A DNA stretch of 64,000 nt, taken from Myxococcota bacterium (lineage in GTDB: Bacteria > Myxococcota_A > SURF-8). The notes under the pieces are model-generated. The model did not search any database. It worked only from the letters and a program-made list of their open reading frames with translations, and had not been told where the DNA came from. Position numbers and translations under genes: made by a program. Below, one piece after another: positions 1 to 9,033 of this stretch; positions within the stretch are counted from its first letter, which is position 1, and every line of letters starts with the position of its first letter. The stretch covers positions 1,888,001 to 1,952,000 of the forward strand of contig OZ223209.1 in the NCBI GenBank assembly GCA_965140415.1, written 5' to 3'.

Positions 1-916
1 ATTGTTTCAGGGTGTCGGATACTTCGGTCGAATCGCTTTTTTGACGTAGTCGCTCGCGCAATTCGGATTCGATATGCGGTGCCAGCAGGCGTTCGTAGGC
101 ATTGCGAATCGACTCGAGCAGGGTGCGTTTCCAGATGGAATTCGGGTTCGTGATGATTTCCTCATCCAGAATGGCATAGATTTCATGGGGATCCACTTTA
201 ATACGCACCGAAAGTTGCTTGTTCTTCAATCCGTGTGAAATTGCTGCAAAACGTGCCGGGCGGATGTCGCGCACCGGTTCGCTACGTCGGTTGAAAGACT
301 CGTAATTGCCGGAGAATTCATTGGGTTCCACCAGTACGTGGCATTCCAGTTCGCCTTCGCGCCAACTTACATCGCGAATGCTGCTGCGAATTTCGGGGTC
401 CATGAAAATGCGTTCGGCGATGATATCCTTAGCACCATCCAATGCTTCTTCCGGGTTGGAAAGCGAGACCGAGCGCCCATAAACCTCAACGATTTCATTG
501 GGTAGCCCCTCTTCGTCCTTTTGCTCCAGAATACGTAAAGCCAGCGGTTCCAGCCCCAGTTCCAACGCCACTTGTCCTCGCGTGCGTCGCCCCTTACGCA
601 ACGGCATCAGCAGGTCTTTTAACTCCATGCGATCAGAGCAGCTTTCCAGTTTTCCGCGCAAATCGTCGGTTAATTTACCTTCTTTTTCCAGTTCGGCGAG
701 GGCATGTTCCTTTTCAGCGCATAATTTCTCGAAGGCGTACACGCGGTCCAGGATATCAAACAGGGTCTGTTCGGACAGCCCGCCGATGTCGTCCGGGCGA
801 TAGCGCACCAGGTAAGGAATGGACAATCCCTGCTCCAACAGCGCTAACGCTTTAGAGACATCCTCTGCGGGTAAAGACAGATCGTTCGCGATCTCGACAG
901 CTACATTTTCCTGCAT
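1..916 (-). CDS. tex: Tex-family RNA-binding transcriptional accessory protein, N-terminal part (runs off window start)
   Basis: Not in the ORF track. My minus-strand translation from ATG 916 gives MQENVAVEIANDLSLPAEDVSKALALLEQGLSIPYLVRYRPDDIGGLSEQ...LMPLRKGRRTRGQVALELGLEPLA...EEALDGAKDIIAERI, matching Tex N-terminal motifs (T.PFIARYRKE.TG.LDE; KRRTKA..A.E.GLEPLA; AL.GA.DIIAE). GAGG Shine-Dalgarno upstream. Confidence 0.85.
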   Translation of the reverse strand, partial: MQENVAVEIANDLSLPAEDVSKALALLEQGLSIPYLVRYRPDDIGGLSEQTLFDILDRVYAFEKLCAEKEHALAELEKEGKLTDDLRGKLESCSDRMELKDLLMPLRKGRRTRGQVALELGLEPLALRILEQKDEEGLPNEIVEVYGRSVSLSNPEEALDGAKDIIAERIFMDPEIRSSIRDVSWREGELECHVLVEPNEFSGNYESFNRRSEPVRDIRPARFAAISHGLKNKQLSVRIKVDPHEIYAILDEEIITNPNSIWKRTLLESIRNAYERLLAPHIESELRERLRQKSDSTEVSDTLKQ

Positions 917-975
917 GAAAACCTCTAGTTCGCCTTCCGATAAGCGTAATTGAGTTTCGGCCAATAAACAAAGCC

Positions 976-1005
976 AGTCTACAGCGATCACGGGCCGTAA
1001 GTCAA
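976..1005 (-). promoter_or_regulatory. Putative sigma70 promoter of tex
   Basis: Minus strand TTGACT-18 nt-TAGACT, about 60 nt upstream of the start codon. Confidence 0.45.
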
Positions 1006-1186
1006 CTTTGGGGCACCGCTTTTTGCCACTTGTAGGAGAAACAGTGTGACTACCCTTTATAGAGATTGCTTTTGAAGTGGCGAGTGTTTCTTTGACTTTC
1101 AGCGTTCGATTTGCTAGCGTTTAGAGCTATGATTCGGTTCAGTTTTTTCGGGAGGAACGACACCATTCCGTGAGGAGGACAAACCT

Positions 1187-2917
1187 ATGCCGCGCTATGA
1201 AGTGTTTATTCCAGCCAAACCAGGCACCGACGGGCAAAGTACCACTGTAGAGGTGGAGGCGTCGAGTTGGCTTTTAGCCCTGCGATCGGGCATGAAAGAG
1301 ATCGGAGAACAAGGCGATTCGTTGGCATCGATCATGTGCGAAAACCGACCGGACGGAACGGTAGTCGTTAAGGATCCGACTTCTCGTCGTATGTTCCGCA
1401 TCAAGGAATGTGCAGAGGACGCCGGGGCGAAAGTTACCAGCGAACAGATCGCTCAGCAGCGCGAGCAGGAAGAAGCCGAAGCGGCTCGTTTGCGTGAGGA
1501 AGCCGAAAAGGCAGCCAAGGAACGTGAGCTAGCGGAAAAGGAATTACAGGAGAAAATCGCCCGCGAGAAGGAAGCCGAAGAGAAGGCGCGCCGCGAGCGG
1601 GAAGAGGAACGCCAGCGAAAAGCCAAGGAAGAGCAAGAGCGTAAAGCCAAAGAGGAAGCTGAGGCTAAAGCCAAAGAAGAAGCCGAACGCAAGACCAAAG
1701 AAGAGGCTGAGCAGAAGGCCAAGGAAGAAGCTGAACGCAAGGCGAAGGAAGAGGCGGAGCAGAAAGCCAAAGAAGAGGCCGAGCGCAAGGCCAAAGAAGA
1801 GGCTGAACGTAAAGCCAAGGAAGAAGCCGAGCGTAAGGCTAAAGAAGAGGCTGAGAAGAAGGCTAAAGAGGAAAAAGAGCAGTTAGCAAAAGAAGAAGCT
1901 GAAGCAAAAGCCAAGGAAGAGACTGAACGTAAGGCGAAAGAAGAGGCTGAGCAGAAAGCCAAGGAAGAAGCTGAGCGCAAAGCCAAAGAAGAGGCCGAGC
2001 AGAAGGCCAAGGAAGAAGCTGAACGCAAGGCAAAGGAAGAGGCCGAGCGTAAAGCCAAAGAAGAAGCCGAGCGTAAAGCGAAAGAAGAAGCCGAGCGCAA
2101 AGCCAAGGAAGAAGCGGAGCGCAAGGCCAAAGAAGAAGAAGAGCGGAAGCAGAAAGATAAGGAAGAGCGCAAGCGGCAGAAGGAAACAGCCAAGAAAGCC
2201 GCCAAAGCTGCCAAGGAACGTGAAGAGGCGGAGCGCAAACTTAAGAAAATCCGTGAGAAAGAAGAACAGGCCAAAAAGGCTGCCGCCGACTCTCAAGAGG
2301 GTAAAAGTCGCGAAATCAAAGTGACGCACTCCCGCTTGACTGCCGCCGAAATCGAGCAGGTTTTCGGCGAGGCAGAGGATATCCAGGAACCTTTCGACGT
2401 GGAAGACGTGTTGAGCGACTTGTTCCTGGACGTTATGGATATTGCCGAGATGGACGAACGCGCGGCCACGGATTTTGTGTTGGATCTGGCCATGAATGCC
2501 ATTGCCGCTGAAGCCGGATCGGTGATTCTGTCCGATATCAACTCGGCGTTGCACGATCTCCACTTTGCAGCTGCCAAAGGCAAGGTGGCCGAGCAGCTTA
2601 AGTCCATCCGCATTCCGCGCGGTCGAGGAATTGTGGGTTTCTCCGTTCAGGTCGGTTGCGCCATGGCTGTTAACGATGTAGACCAGAATCCGAATTTCTA
2701 CCGCGCCGTCGCCGATAAAACCGGCTATACGACACGTTCGATTCTCTGCGTACCGGTTCAGCACGACGAGCGTACCTACGGTGCGATGGAGTTGATCAAC
2801 AAAAAAGACAGCAACCGCTGGACCCCCGGAGAACTGAGTGTGTTACAATTCCTGGCCGGAAAACTTGGCGAGCATTTGAACCGGTTCCACGAAGCGGTGC
2901 CATTGGATCTGAAATAA
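1187..2917 (+). CDS. GAF-domain protein with small N-terminal domain and long E/K-rich charged helical linker
   Basis: GAGGAGG SD before ATG. About 75-aa N-terminal domain, then about 280 aa E/K/R/A-rich, then a C-terminal GAF (AEAGSVIL...LHFAAAKG...IRIPRGRGIVG...VNDV...FYRAVADKTGYTTRSILCVP...GAMELINK). Confidence 0.85.
   Translation: MPRYEVFIPAKPGTDGQSTTVEVEASSWLLALRSGMKEIGEQGDSLASIMCENRPDGTVVVKDPTSRRMFRIKECAEDAGAKVTSEQIAQQREQEEAEAARLREEAEKAAKERELAEKELQEKIAREKEAEEKARREREEERQRKAKEEQERKAKEEAEAKAKEEAERKTKEEAEQKAKEEAERKAKEEAEQKAKEEAERKAKEEAERKAKEEAERKAKEEAEKKAKEEKEQLAKEEAEAKAKEETERKAKEEAEQKAKEEAERKAKEEAEQKAKEEAERKAKEEAERKAKEEAERKAKEEAERKAKEEAERKAKEEEERKQKDKEERKRQKETAKKAAKAAKEREEAERKLKKIREKEEQAKKAAADSQEGKSREIKVTHSRLTAAEIEQVFGEAEDIQEPFDVEDVLSDLFLDVMDIAEMDERAATDFVLDLAMNAIAAEAGSVILSDINSALHDLHFAAAKGKVAEQLKSIRIPRGRGIVGFSVQVGCAMAVNDVDQNPNFYRAVADKTGYTTRSILCVPVQHDERTYGAMELINKKDSNRWTPGELSVLQFLAGKLGEHLNRFHEAVPLDLK
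1619..2146 (+). repeat. 22 x 24-bp in-frame tandem repeat encoding KAKEEAE(R/Q/A/K)
   Basis: Counted directly from the translation and DNA; synonymous codons differ between units. Confidence 0.95.
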
Positions 2918-2960
2918 CGGTCTTAGTTTGAAAGATCGAACGTATTTGTCTGGAGGAATC

Positions 2961-4508
2961 ATGCGATCGGCACAACTGTTCCGTCTGTCATCGATTGTGG
3001 TGCTTGTTGTGGTGTTGGTCCTGTTCGGTTGTGCTTCGCAGCGCGCGGCGCAGCAACGGGAGTTGGGTGCGGGTTATCTGAACCAGGGCGATCTGGTCCA
3101 GGCTCGGCAGGCTTATGAACAATCGCTGGCAGAGGAAGACAATGCATTGGCACATGCTCAGCTTGGGCATATCCTGGCCAAACAGGATCTGTGTCTGGAT
3201 GCTCTGCCGCACCTACAGGCAGGGTTGTCAGCTCCCGATGGTCTTCGCCGGGTACGTTTGGATCTGGCCGCTTGCCATATGAAATTGCAGAACTGGGGTG
3301 AGGCCGCCGAGCAGTTTCTGCTGGTTATCGAAGATGACCCTGCCGATTCAACAACCGCCGTGCAGAGCGCCGATCTCTGGCCGAACCTGGACAACGATCC
3401 CCGGTTGGAAGGTTGGTTAGAACGGATGGTCAAGGCGCAGCCGAACAATCATTATGGTTGGGCCTATACCGGTAATCACTTCTATCGACAGGGGAAATGG
3501 AAAGAGGCGTCTTACTGCTACCGGAAGGCGTTGGAGATCTTCCCGACTTCCTCTCCGGTTCTGATTCGTTTCGCTGCTGCCGAGTCGCGCCAGGGAAACC
3601 TGGAACTTTCCGAGAAGTTATATCTGAAGGCTCTGCAACTGGAAGATTCGTCTTCTGCTCGCTTTGGGTTGGCGGGTGTTCTGTTTTTGAAAAAGCAGTA
3701 TCCCGAAAGCTTGGAACAACTGGCGACCTTATTGAAGGCGCAGCCGGACAATCCCCAGGCTCTGGCATTGGCGTGTCAACTCCATTACATGTTGGGCGAT
3801 CGTGCTGCTGCCTTGCAGGCGGGAATCAAAGCGTTGGAGAAACTGGGTGACAACCTGGCGTTATTGCGCCTTGTTGCCGGGTTGGCATTCGATGAAAAGG
3901 ACTATGCCAAGGCGGCGGAATATTATCACCGTCTGATCGGTATCAACGAAAAAGATGCTGTTGCCTATCAGCGTTTAGGTGTCTGCCAGGCCAAGCTCGG
4001 TCAGGCCAACAATGCCCAGCAGAGCTTGGTGCGCGCCATCATGATCGATCCCAAAATGGCCGTGGCGCATCGAGAGCTTGGGCGATTGTATCGCGATTAC
4101 AAACAGAGTGCTCCCGCCTTGGCGGAGTTGTCTGAAGCCGTGCGGCTGGATCCGAACGACGGTGAAGCGCAACTGCTTTATGGATTGACGTTGTTCGATC
4201 AGGGACAGGCTAGTTACGCCAAGGCCGAAGCACCGTTATTGGCGGCGGTGGAGCGGTTGCCGGATAATCCGATTTCCTACAGTCGTCTGGCGGTTATCTC
4301 TATTTCCAAGCGTTATTTCTCCGAAGGGCTCAGTCGCTTGGAGCAGGCAGTGGAAATGGGTTTCGACGATCTCGCTTTTCTCGAAGGCCCCGGTTTTTTG
4401 AAGGTCAAGTATGGTCCGCGCTTTTTGGCCGTCAAGCAGCGCTTGGAACAGAAGCTCAACGAAGCGGAAGTTCCCCCGCTGGCACCGATTCAACTGGTAG
4501 CGCCGTAG
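2961..4508 (+). CDS. TPR-repeat lipoprotein
   Basis: GGAGG SD before ATG 2961; hydrophobic signal with lipobox LFGC; many TPR-like helical repeats (A..A..LG..L, Y.KAL.L.P). Confidence 0.8.
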   Translation: MRSAQLFRLSSIVVLVVVLVLFGCASQRAAQQRELGAGYLNQGDLVQARQAYEQSLAEEDNALAHAQLGHILAKQDLCLDALPHLQAGLSAPDGLRRVRLDLAACHMKLQNWGEAAEQFLLVIEDDPADSTTAVQSADLWPNLDNDPRLEGWLERMVKAQPNNHYGWAYTGNHFYRQGKWKEASYCYRKALEIFPTSSPVLIRFAAAESRQGNLELSEKLYLKALQLEDSSSARFGLAGVLFLKKQYPESLEQLATLLKAQPDNPQALALACQLHYMLGDRAAALQAGIKALEKLGDNLALLRLVAGLAFDEKDYAKAAEYYHRLIGINEKDAVAYQRLGVCQAKLGQANNAQQSLVRAIMIDPKMAVAHRELGRLYRDYKQSAPALAELSEAVRLDPNDGEAQLLYGLTLFDQGQASYAKAEAPLLAAVERLPDNPISYSRLAVISISKRYFSEGLSRLEQAVEMGFDDLAFLEGPGFLKVKYGPRFLAVKQRLEQKLNEAEVPPLAPIQLVAP

Positions 4509-4533
4509 GGGATCATCCCAAAAGCGATTCATG

Positions 4534-4569
4534 AAAATGCCGGGCAGAGTTGTTGCCCGGTATTTTTTT
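4534..4569 (+). terminator. Rho-independent terminator of the GAF-TPR operon
   Basis: AAAATGCCGGGCA-loop-TGCCCGGTATTTT followed by a T run. Confidence 0.8.
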
Positions 4570-4575
4570 GCAACG

Positions 4576-4601
4576 AAAACGGGGCGGCAAAAGCCGCCCC
4601 G
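4576..4601 (-). terminator. Rho-independent terminator of ftsZ / dcw cluster
   Basis: Perfect stem CGGGGCGGC-TTTT-GCCGCCCCG followed by TTTT on the minus strand, 24 nt after the ftsZ stop. Confidence 0.8.
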
Positions 4602-4624
4602 AGAATCGAAAAGGTGCGAAGGAA

Positions 4625-5893
4625 TCAGACGTTGCCGCCGCCATTCTGTTTGCCGTCTACGCGGCGACGGAAGCTTGGAATCTTGATCTGCTGTTCGTCC
4701 AGATCCGGCTCGAAAATGCGATTGAACGAGTTCGAAATCTTGACCTCGCGGGAATCGTTCATTAACTGCTCCGGGATCGGAGGCGGGGTCGTGGCCGTGA
4801 AGCTATGCGTTTCGTTGCGTTCGCGATTTTCCCGGCGTTTGACGGTTGGAATGTCCAGGTTTTCCATGATCCCGCGCTGACGCGGACGGCGCTCGGGTTT
4901 GTCTTCGTTCGTTTCCGGGAAGCCGGTAGCGATTACCGTTACCTTGACTTCGTCCTGCATGTTCTCGTCAACGACGTAGCCGAAGATGAAGTCGGCGGCA
5001 GGATGCGCACTTTCCTGGATGAAGCCGACAGCCTCGTCCACTTCCTGCAACGTCAGGCTGCTTGGACCGGTTACGTTAACCAGGATGCCTTGGGCACCGT
5101 TGATCTTCAGGTCGTCCAGCAGCGGGCTGCTGATGGCTGCCTGAGCCGCTTCCAGGGCGCGGTCTTCGCCGCTGGCGGTAGCGCTACCCATGATTGCCAT
5201 GCCCATATTGGCCATGATGGTGCGAACGTCGGCGAAATCGACGTTGACGTAACCGGCGGTGGTGATCAGGTCGGAGATGCCGCGCACGGCGTTGACCAGG
5301 ATCTCATCGGCCAGTCGGAAGGCATCCATCATACCGATATTCATGTCTTCGATTTCAAGCAGCTTTTGATTGGGAATGACGACCAGCGTATTGACCGATT
5401 CTTTCAGTTCCTGCAAACCTCGGGCGGCGAGTTGCTCGCGTTTTGGGCCTTCGAAACGGAAGGGCTTGGTAACGACGCCGACCGTCAGAATGCCCATTTC
5501 CATAGCCTTGCGGGCAATGACCGGAGCTGCGCCGGTGCCGGTGCCGCCGCCCATGCCGCCGGTGATGAAGAGCATATCGACGTCTTTGATTTCTTCTTCA
5601 ATGGCCGCGATGGATTCCTCTGCCGCTCGGCAGCCGACTTCCGGGTTGCCGCCTGCGCCGAGTCCACGCGTCAATTCTTCGCCGATCTGAACTTGCAGTT
5701 GTACCGGTGAGCGTTGCAGCGCCTGGATATCCGTGTTGCAGATCATGTGCGACACGTTTTCCACGTTGCGCGCCACCATGGTGGCTACTGCGTTTCCGCC
5801 TGCGCCGCCTACACCGATCACAGCCAGCTTGGCTCCCTTGTAGCTGACCGGATCGAAATCAAACTTCAACCGTTCCTGATCCGTCATGTTCAT
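4625..5893 (-). CDS. ftsZ: Cell division GTPase FtsZ
   Basis: VIGVGGAGGNAV, GLGAGGNPEVG, GGMGGGTGTG tubulin signature, NVDFADV, C-terminal IPSFRRR core peptide. Confidence 0.98.
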   Translation of the reverse strand: MNMTDQERLKFDFDPVSYKGAKLAVIGVGGAGGNAVATMVARNVENVSHMICNTDIQALQRSPVQLQVQIGEELTRGLGAGGNPEVGCRAAEESIAAIEEEIKDVDMLFITGGMGGGTGTGAAPVIARKAMEMGILTVGVVTKPFRFEGPKREQLAARGLQELKESVNTLVVIPNQKLLEIEDMNIGMMDAFRLADEILVNAVRGISDLITTAGYVNVDFADVRTIMANMGMAIMGSATASGEDRALEAAQAAISSPLLDDLKINGAQGILVNVTGPSSLTLQEVDEAVGFIQESAHPAADFIFGYVVDENMQDEVKVTVIATGFPETNEDKPERRPRQRGIMENLDIPTVKRRENRERNETHSFTATTPPPIPEQLMNDSREVKISNSFNRIFEPDLDEQQIKIPSFRRRVDGKQNGGGNV

Positions 5894-5968
5894 TCCTCCT
5901 TTTCCGATCCCATGTCCTTGCGTTTCTTCGTTTCTGTGTTCCCAAAAAAATATAAAACGTAGAAATAA

Positions 5969-7192
5969 TTATACGAACGTATCCCACCAATTCTTCAGTT
6001 TATTCTTGATGCGGCCCATTACGGAGACTCCGCTGCCCGGATAGTTCTGGGCATGTTTGACCGCGTATTGCAATAAGCCTACGCTGCTGGCGTAAATCGG
6101 GTTGCGCACGAGATCGATCAATCCGGCTACTTCGATGGGTGCGGCGCAACGCACGCGCATGTCCATCAGTTCCTCCGCCAGTCGTGCCAGACCGGGCAGG
6201 TTGGTGACTCCGCCCGTCAGTACGACACCCGCTCCCAGTAATTCTTCGACTCCGGTTTTGCGGATTTCTTTGTTGATCAGGGTGATGATTTCCTCGGCGC
6301 GCGCTTCGATGATGTCGCATAAGACCTGCTGGCTCATCTGTTTTACTTCGCCAGAGCCAACGGTCGGAACGTTGATCGATTCGGTTTTCTCCACCATGTG
6401 CGCCATGGCGTAGCCGCATTCCTGCTTGAGCTTTTCGGCTCCGGCCATCGGGGTTCCCAGGCCGACCGCGATGTCATGCGTAATCAGATCGCCACCTAAA
6501 GGCAATACCGAGGTATGGACTACGTTCCCTTTCAGGTAAATGATCAAATCGCTCGTGCCACCGCCGATGTCAATCAGCGCCACACCCAACTCGCGCTCGT
6601 CTTCGCTAAGCACTGCCAAAGACGACGCCAGTGGCTCCAGTACGAGTTCCGCAACGCTAAGTCCAGCCTTGTTGCAGCAGCGCACTACGTTTTCAGCTGC
6701 CGAAATCGCGCCGGTCACGATGTGCACTTTAGCTTCCAGGCGAATGGCGCTCATACCGATGGGATATTTGATGCCTTCCTGGCCATCGACCACGTAATCC
6801 TGCACGATGGTGTGCAACACTTTCTGATTGATCGGAATCGCCACTGCGTTGGCCTGATCCACCACGCGCTCGACATCCTCTTCGGTGATCTCCTTACCTT
6901 CGACTTTTACGATGCCGTGCGAATTAAAGCCGCGAATATGCTGTCCGGCGATTCCCGCGAAAACCTGGCTGATCGCCACACCGGCCATCAATTCGGCTTC
7001 CTGCACCGCTTCACGGATGGAGTCTACGGTTGCGCCGATATCGGTGATGACGCCGTTCTGCATACCCTTGGAAACGTGGGTGCCGCAGCCGATTACTTCG
7101 ACTTTTCCGTTGTCCTTGATTTCGCCCACCAATGCCACCACCTTGGTGGTGCCGATATCCAGGCCGACGATGATTTCTCCCTTACTTGCCAT
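5969..7192 (-). CDS. ftsA: Cell division protein FtsA
   Basis: GLDIGTTKV, IDIGGGTSD, GVVLTGG actin-like motifs; C-terminal amphipathic helix RIKNKLKNWW. Confidence 0.97.
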   Translation of the reverse strand: MASKGEIIVGLDIGTTKVVALVGEIKDNGKVEVIGCGTHVSKGMQNGVITDIGATVDSIREAVQEAELMAGVAISQVFAGIAGQHIRGFNSHGIVKVEGKEITEEDVERVVDQANAVAIPINQKVLHTIVQDYVVDGQEGIKYPIGMSAIRLEAKVHIVTGAISAAENVVRCCNKAGLSVAELVLEPLASSLAVLSEDERELGVALIDIGGGTSDLIIYLKGNVVHTSVLPLGGDLITHDIAVGLGTPMAGAEKLKQECGYAMAHMVEKTESINVPTVGSGEVKQMSQQVLCDIIEARAEEIITLINKEIRKTGVEELLGAGVVLTGGVTNLPGLARLAEELMDMRVRCAAPIEVAGLIDLVRNPIYASSVGLLQYAVKHAQNYPGSGVSVMGRIKNKLKNWWDTFV

Positions 7193-7225
7193 TGTTCCTC
7201 CGCAGCCGCCACCGCTTTATCGCGG

Positions 7226-8080
7226 TTATTGTTTCCCGGTCGGCTTGCTGTTTGCTGTCACGTTATCGGCGTACTTTACGGTTACGCGCTCGGGTTCGTT
7301 TCGATTGTCCAGGTGGATCGTTTCCGCGTGCTGTCCCTGCTGGGCCAGGCTTTTCCACAATTTGGCTGCACGGTCGAGAGCTTCGCTTTGCACGCTTTGC
7401 CCGAAAACCAGCGTACTGGGCAAGTCACCCACCAATAACTCCAAGCCGTTATGGTGATAGCGGATACCCTTAAGCTTAGCCAGCACCGACATCGGGTGCT
7501 CGTTGTATTTCTTTTGCAACTGCAATGCGCGCAGCATCTTGCGTTGCCCCGCTTCCAACGGTTCGAAATCCGAGTTATGCAGTCCTTCGATCAGCACCAG
7601 TTCTTCCAAGCTGGAATCATCTGCGAATTTGAACGGCGTGCCTTCCTGGTTGACGTAATACATCCGGTCCAGCTTGACGCGCGCCATAGGTTGATTTTCC
7701 ACAACTTCCACCAGTAGCGCATCGGGCAGACGACGTGACACGCGCGCCGATTTGATCCAGGGATGTGATTCAACCTGCAACGCCGCTTTTTTGACGTTTA
7801 CATCGAAAATCGGTCTATGCGTGGACAGATGTCCGTATGCCAGAATTTCCGCATTTGGAACGCGCTCATTGCCGACGATGTCGATGGCGAGAACGTCGAA
7901 CCAACCTTGGGCCAGTACGCCACGATACAGTTCCTGCCAGACCAGAAAAACCGCCACGAACACGACATAGATCACAATCAGGGAAACCAGTCCCTTCAGC
8001 GCCGATTCAAACAAGGACGGTTGCACGTCCTGGCGCTTGACGTTTTTCGTCGTTCGCTTGTTGCCCTTGGCGGGCGTCAT
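7226..8080 (-). CDS. ftsQ: Cell division protein FtsQ/DivIB
   Basis: Single TM, POTRA motif (IVGNERV...HPWIKSARVSRRLPDALLVEVVE.QP), position between ddl and ftsA. Confidence 0.9.
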   Translation of the reverse strand: MTPAKGNKRTTKNVKRQDVQPSLFESALKGLVSLIVIYVVFVAVFLVWQELYRGVLAQGWFDVLAIDIVGNERVPNAEILAYGHLSTHRPIFDVNVKKAALQVESHPWIKSARVSRRLPDALLVEVVENQPMARVKLDRMYYVNQEGTPFKFADDSSLEELVLIEGLHNSDFEPLEAGQRKMLRALQLQKKYNEHPMSVLAKLKGIRYHHNGLELLVGDLPSTLVFGQSVQSEALDRAAKLWKSLAQQGQHAETIHLDNRNEPERVTVKYADNVTANSKPTGKQ

Positions 8081-9030
8081 TTGGCGGTCTCCTCGTGGCT
8101 ACTCAGTTCCAACGATGCTCCAAGTAGAATTCGTTCGCACAACTGCTCGAACGAGATTCCTTCGCCCCGTGCGGTTTTCGGCACCAGCGAGTGGGATGTC
8201 ATCCCCGGCATCGTATTGATTTCAATCACGGATATGGAGCCATCTTCACCGACGATCATATCGGTTCGGGTCACTCCCTGAGCACGCACCGCCCGGTGCG
8301 CGTTCTCCGCGAATGCCATACACATACGATATACATCTTCCGGCAACGGGGCAGGGTAGATGTATTCAGTAGAATCTACCAAGTATTTTGCCTCATAATC
8401 GTAGAAATTACCAGAAGGTTTTATCCAAATTATTCCAATTGCTTTTCCATCGAGTACCGTGACCGAAATTTCCATGCCCGAACAGTATTTTTCGATCAGG
8501 ATATAAGAATCTTCCTGAAACACCGATTGTAGCGCAGAGTCAAGCTCTGTCTCGTTCTGAACTATTTTGACGCCTACCGACGAGCCGCTGGCGTTGGGTT
8601 TGATGACCGCCGGATAGTCAAAAGGCAGTTCGATGGGCATTCCGGAAAATTTTTGTTTTTCCAGTAGAATCCAGTCTGCAACCGGAAGATTTTGCGAGGA
8701 AAAGAGCAATTTGGCAATATGCTTGTCCATCGCAACAGCCGAAGCGAGCACTTTTGAACCGGTATAGGGAATCCCCATAACTTCCAAAAGTCCCTGTACC
8801 GCGCCGTCTTCGCCATAGCGTCCATGTAGCGCCAGAAAGGCGATTTCGATCTGGTGATCGGTCAATTGCTGGGCCAGGTCGCGTTGCTGATCGAGCAAAA
8901 CGGCGTTATAGCCGCGCGCGAGCAGAGCGTTGTGAATTGCTGCCCCCGTTTCCAAAGAAACGTTTCGTTCGCTGCTGAGTCCGCCATACAACACGGCGAT
9001 TTTTCGCGTTAGCATCTCTTCGCGTGTCAT
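8077..9030 (-). CDS. ddl: D-alanine--D-alanine ligase
   Basis: GGLSSERNVSL, LHGRYGEDG.VQG, GSSVG, FYDYEAKY (D-Ala-D-Ala type), EINTMPGMT. Confidence 0.97.
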   Translation of the reverse strand: MTREEMLTRKIAVLYGGLSSERNVSLETGAAIHNALLARGYNAVLLDQQRDLAQQLTDHQIEIAFLALHGRYGEDGAVQGLLEVMGIPYTGSKVLASAVAMDKHIAKLLFSSQNLPVADWILLEKQKFSGMPIELPFDYPAVIKPNASGSSVGVKIVQNETELDSALQSVFQEDSYILIEKYCSGMEISVTVLDGKAIGIIWIKPSGNFYDYEAKYLVDSTEYIYPAPLPEDVYRMCMAFAENAHRAVRAQGVTRTDMIVGEDGSISVIEINTMPGMTSHSLVPKTARGEGISFEQLCERILLGASLELSSHEETAK

Positions 9031-9033
9031 GAA

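Noticed and set aside
1619-2146. 24-bp periodic array as a possible CRISPR
   Set aside because: No unique spacers, in-frame coding with synonymous variation, and no cas genes.
1453-2764. Long minus-strand ORFs (273 aa SSLALRSA repeats; 293 aa Phe/Leu-rich)
   Set aside because: Antisense shadows of the KAKEEAER repeat gene; the repeat lacks stop codons in those frames.
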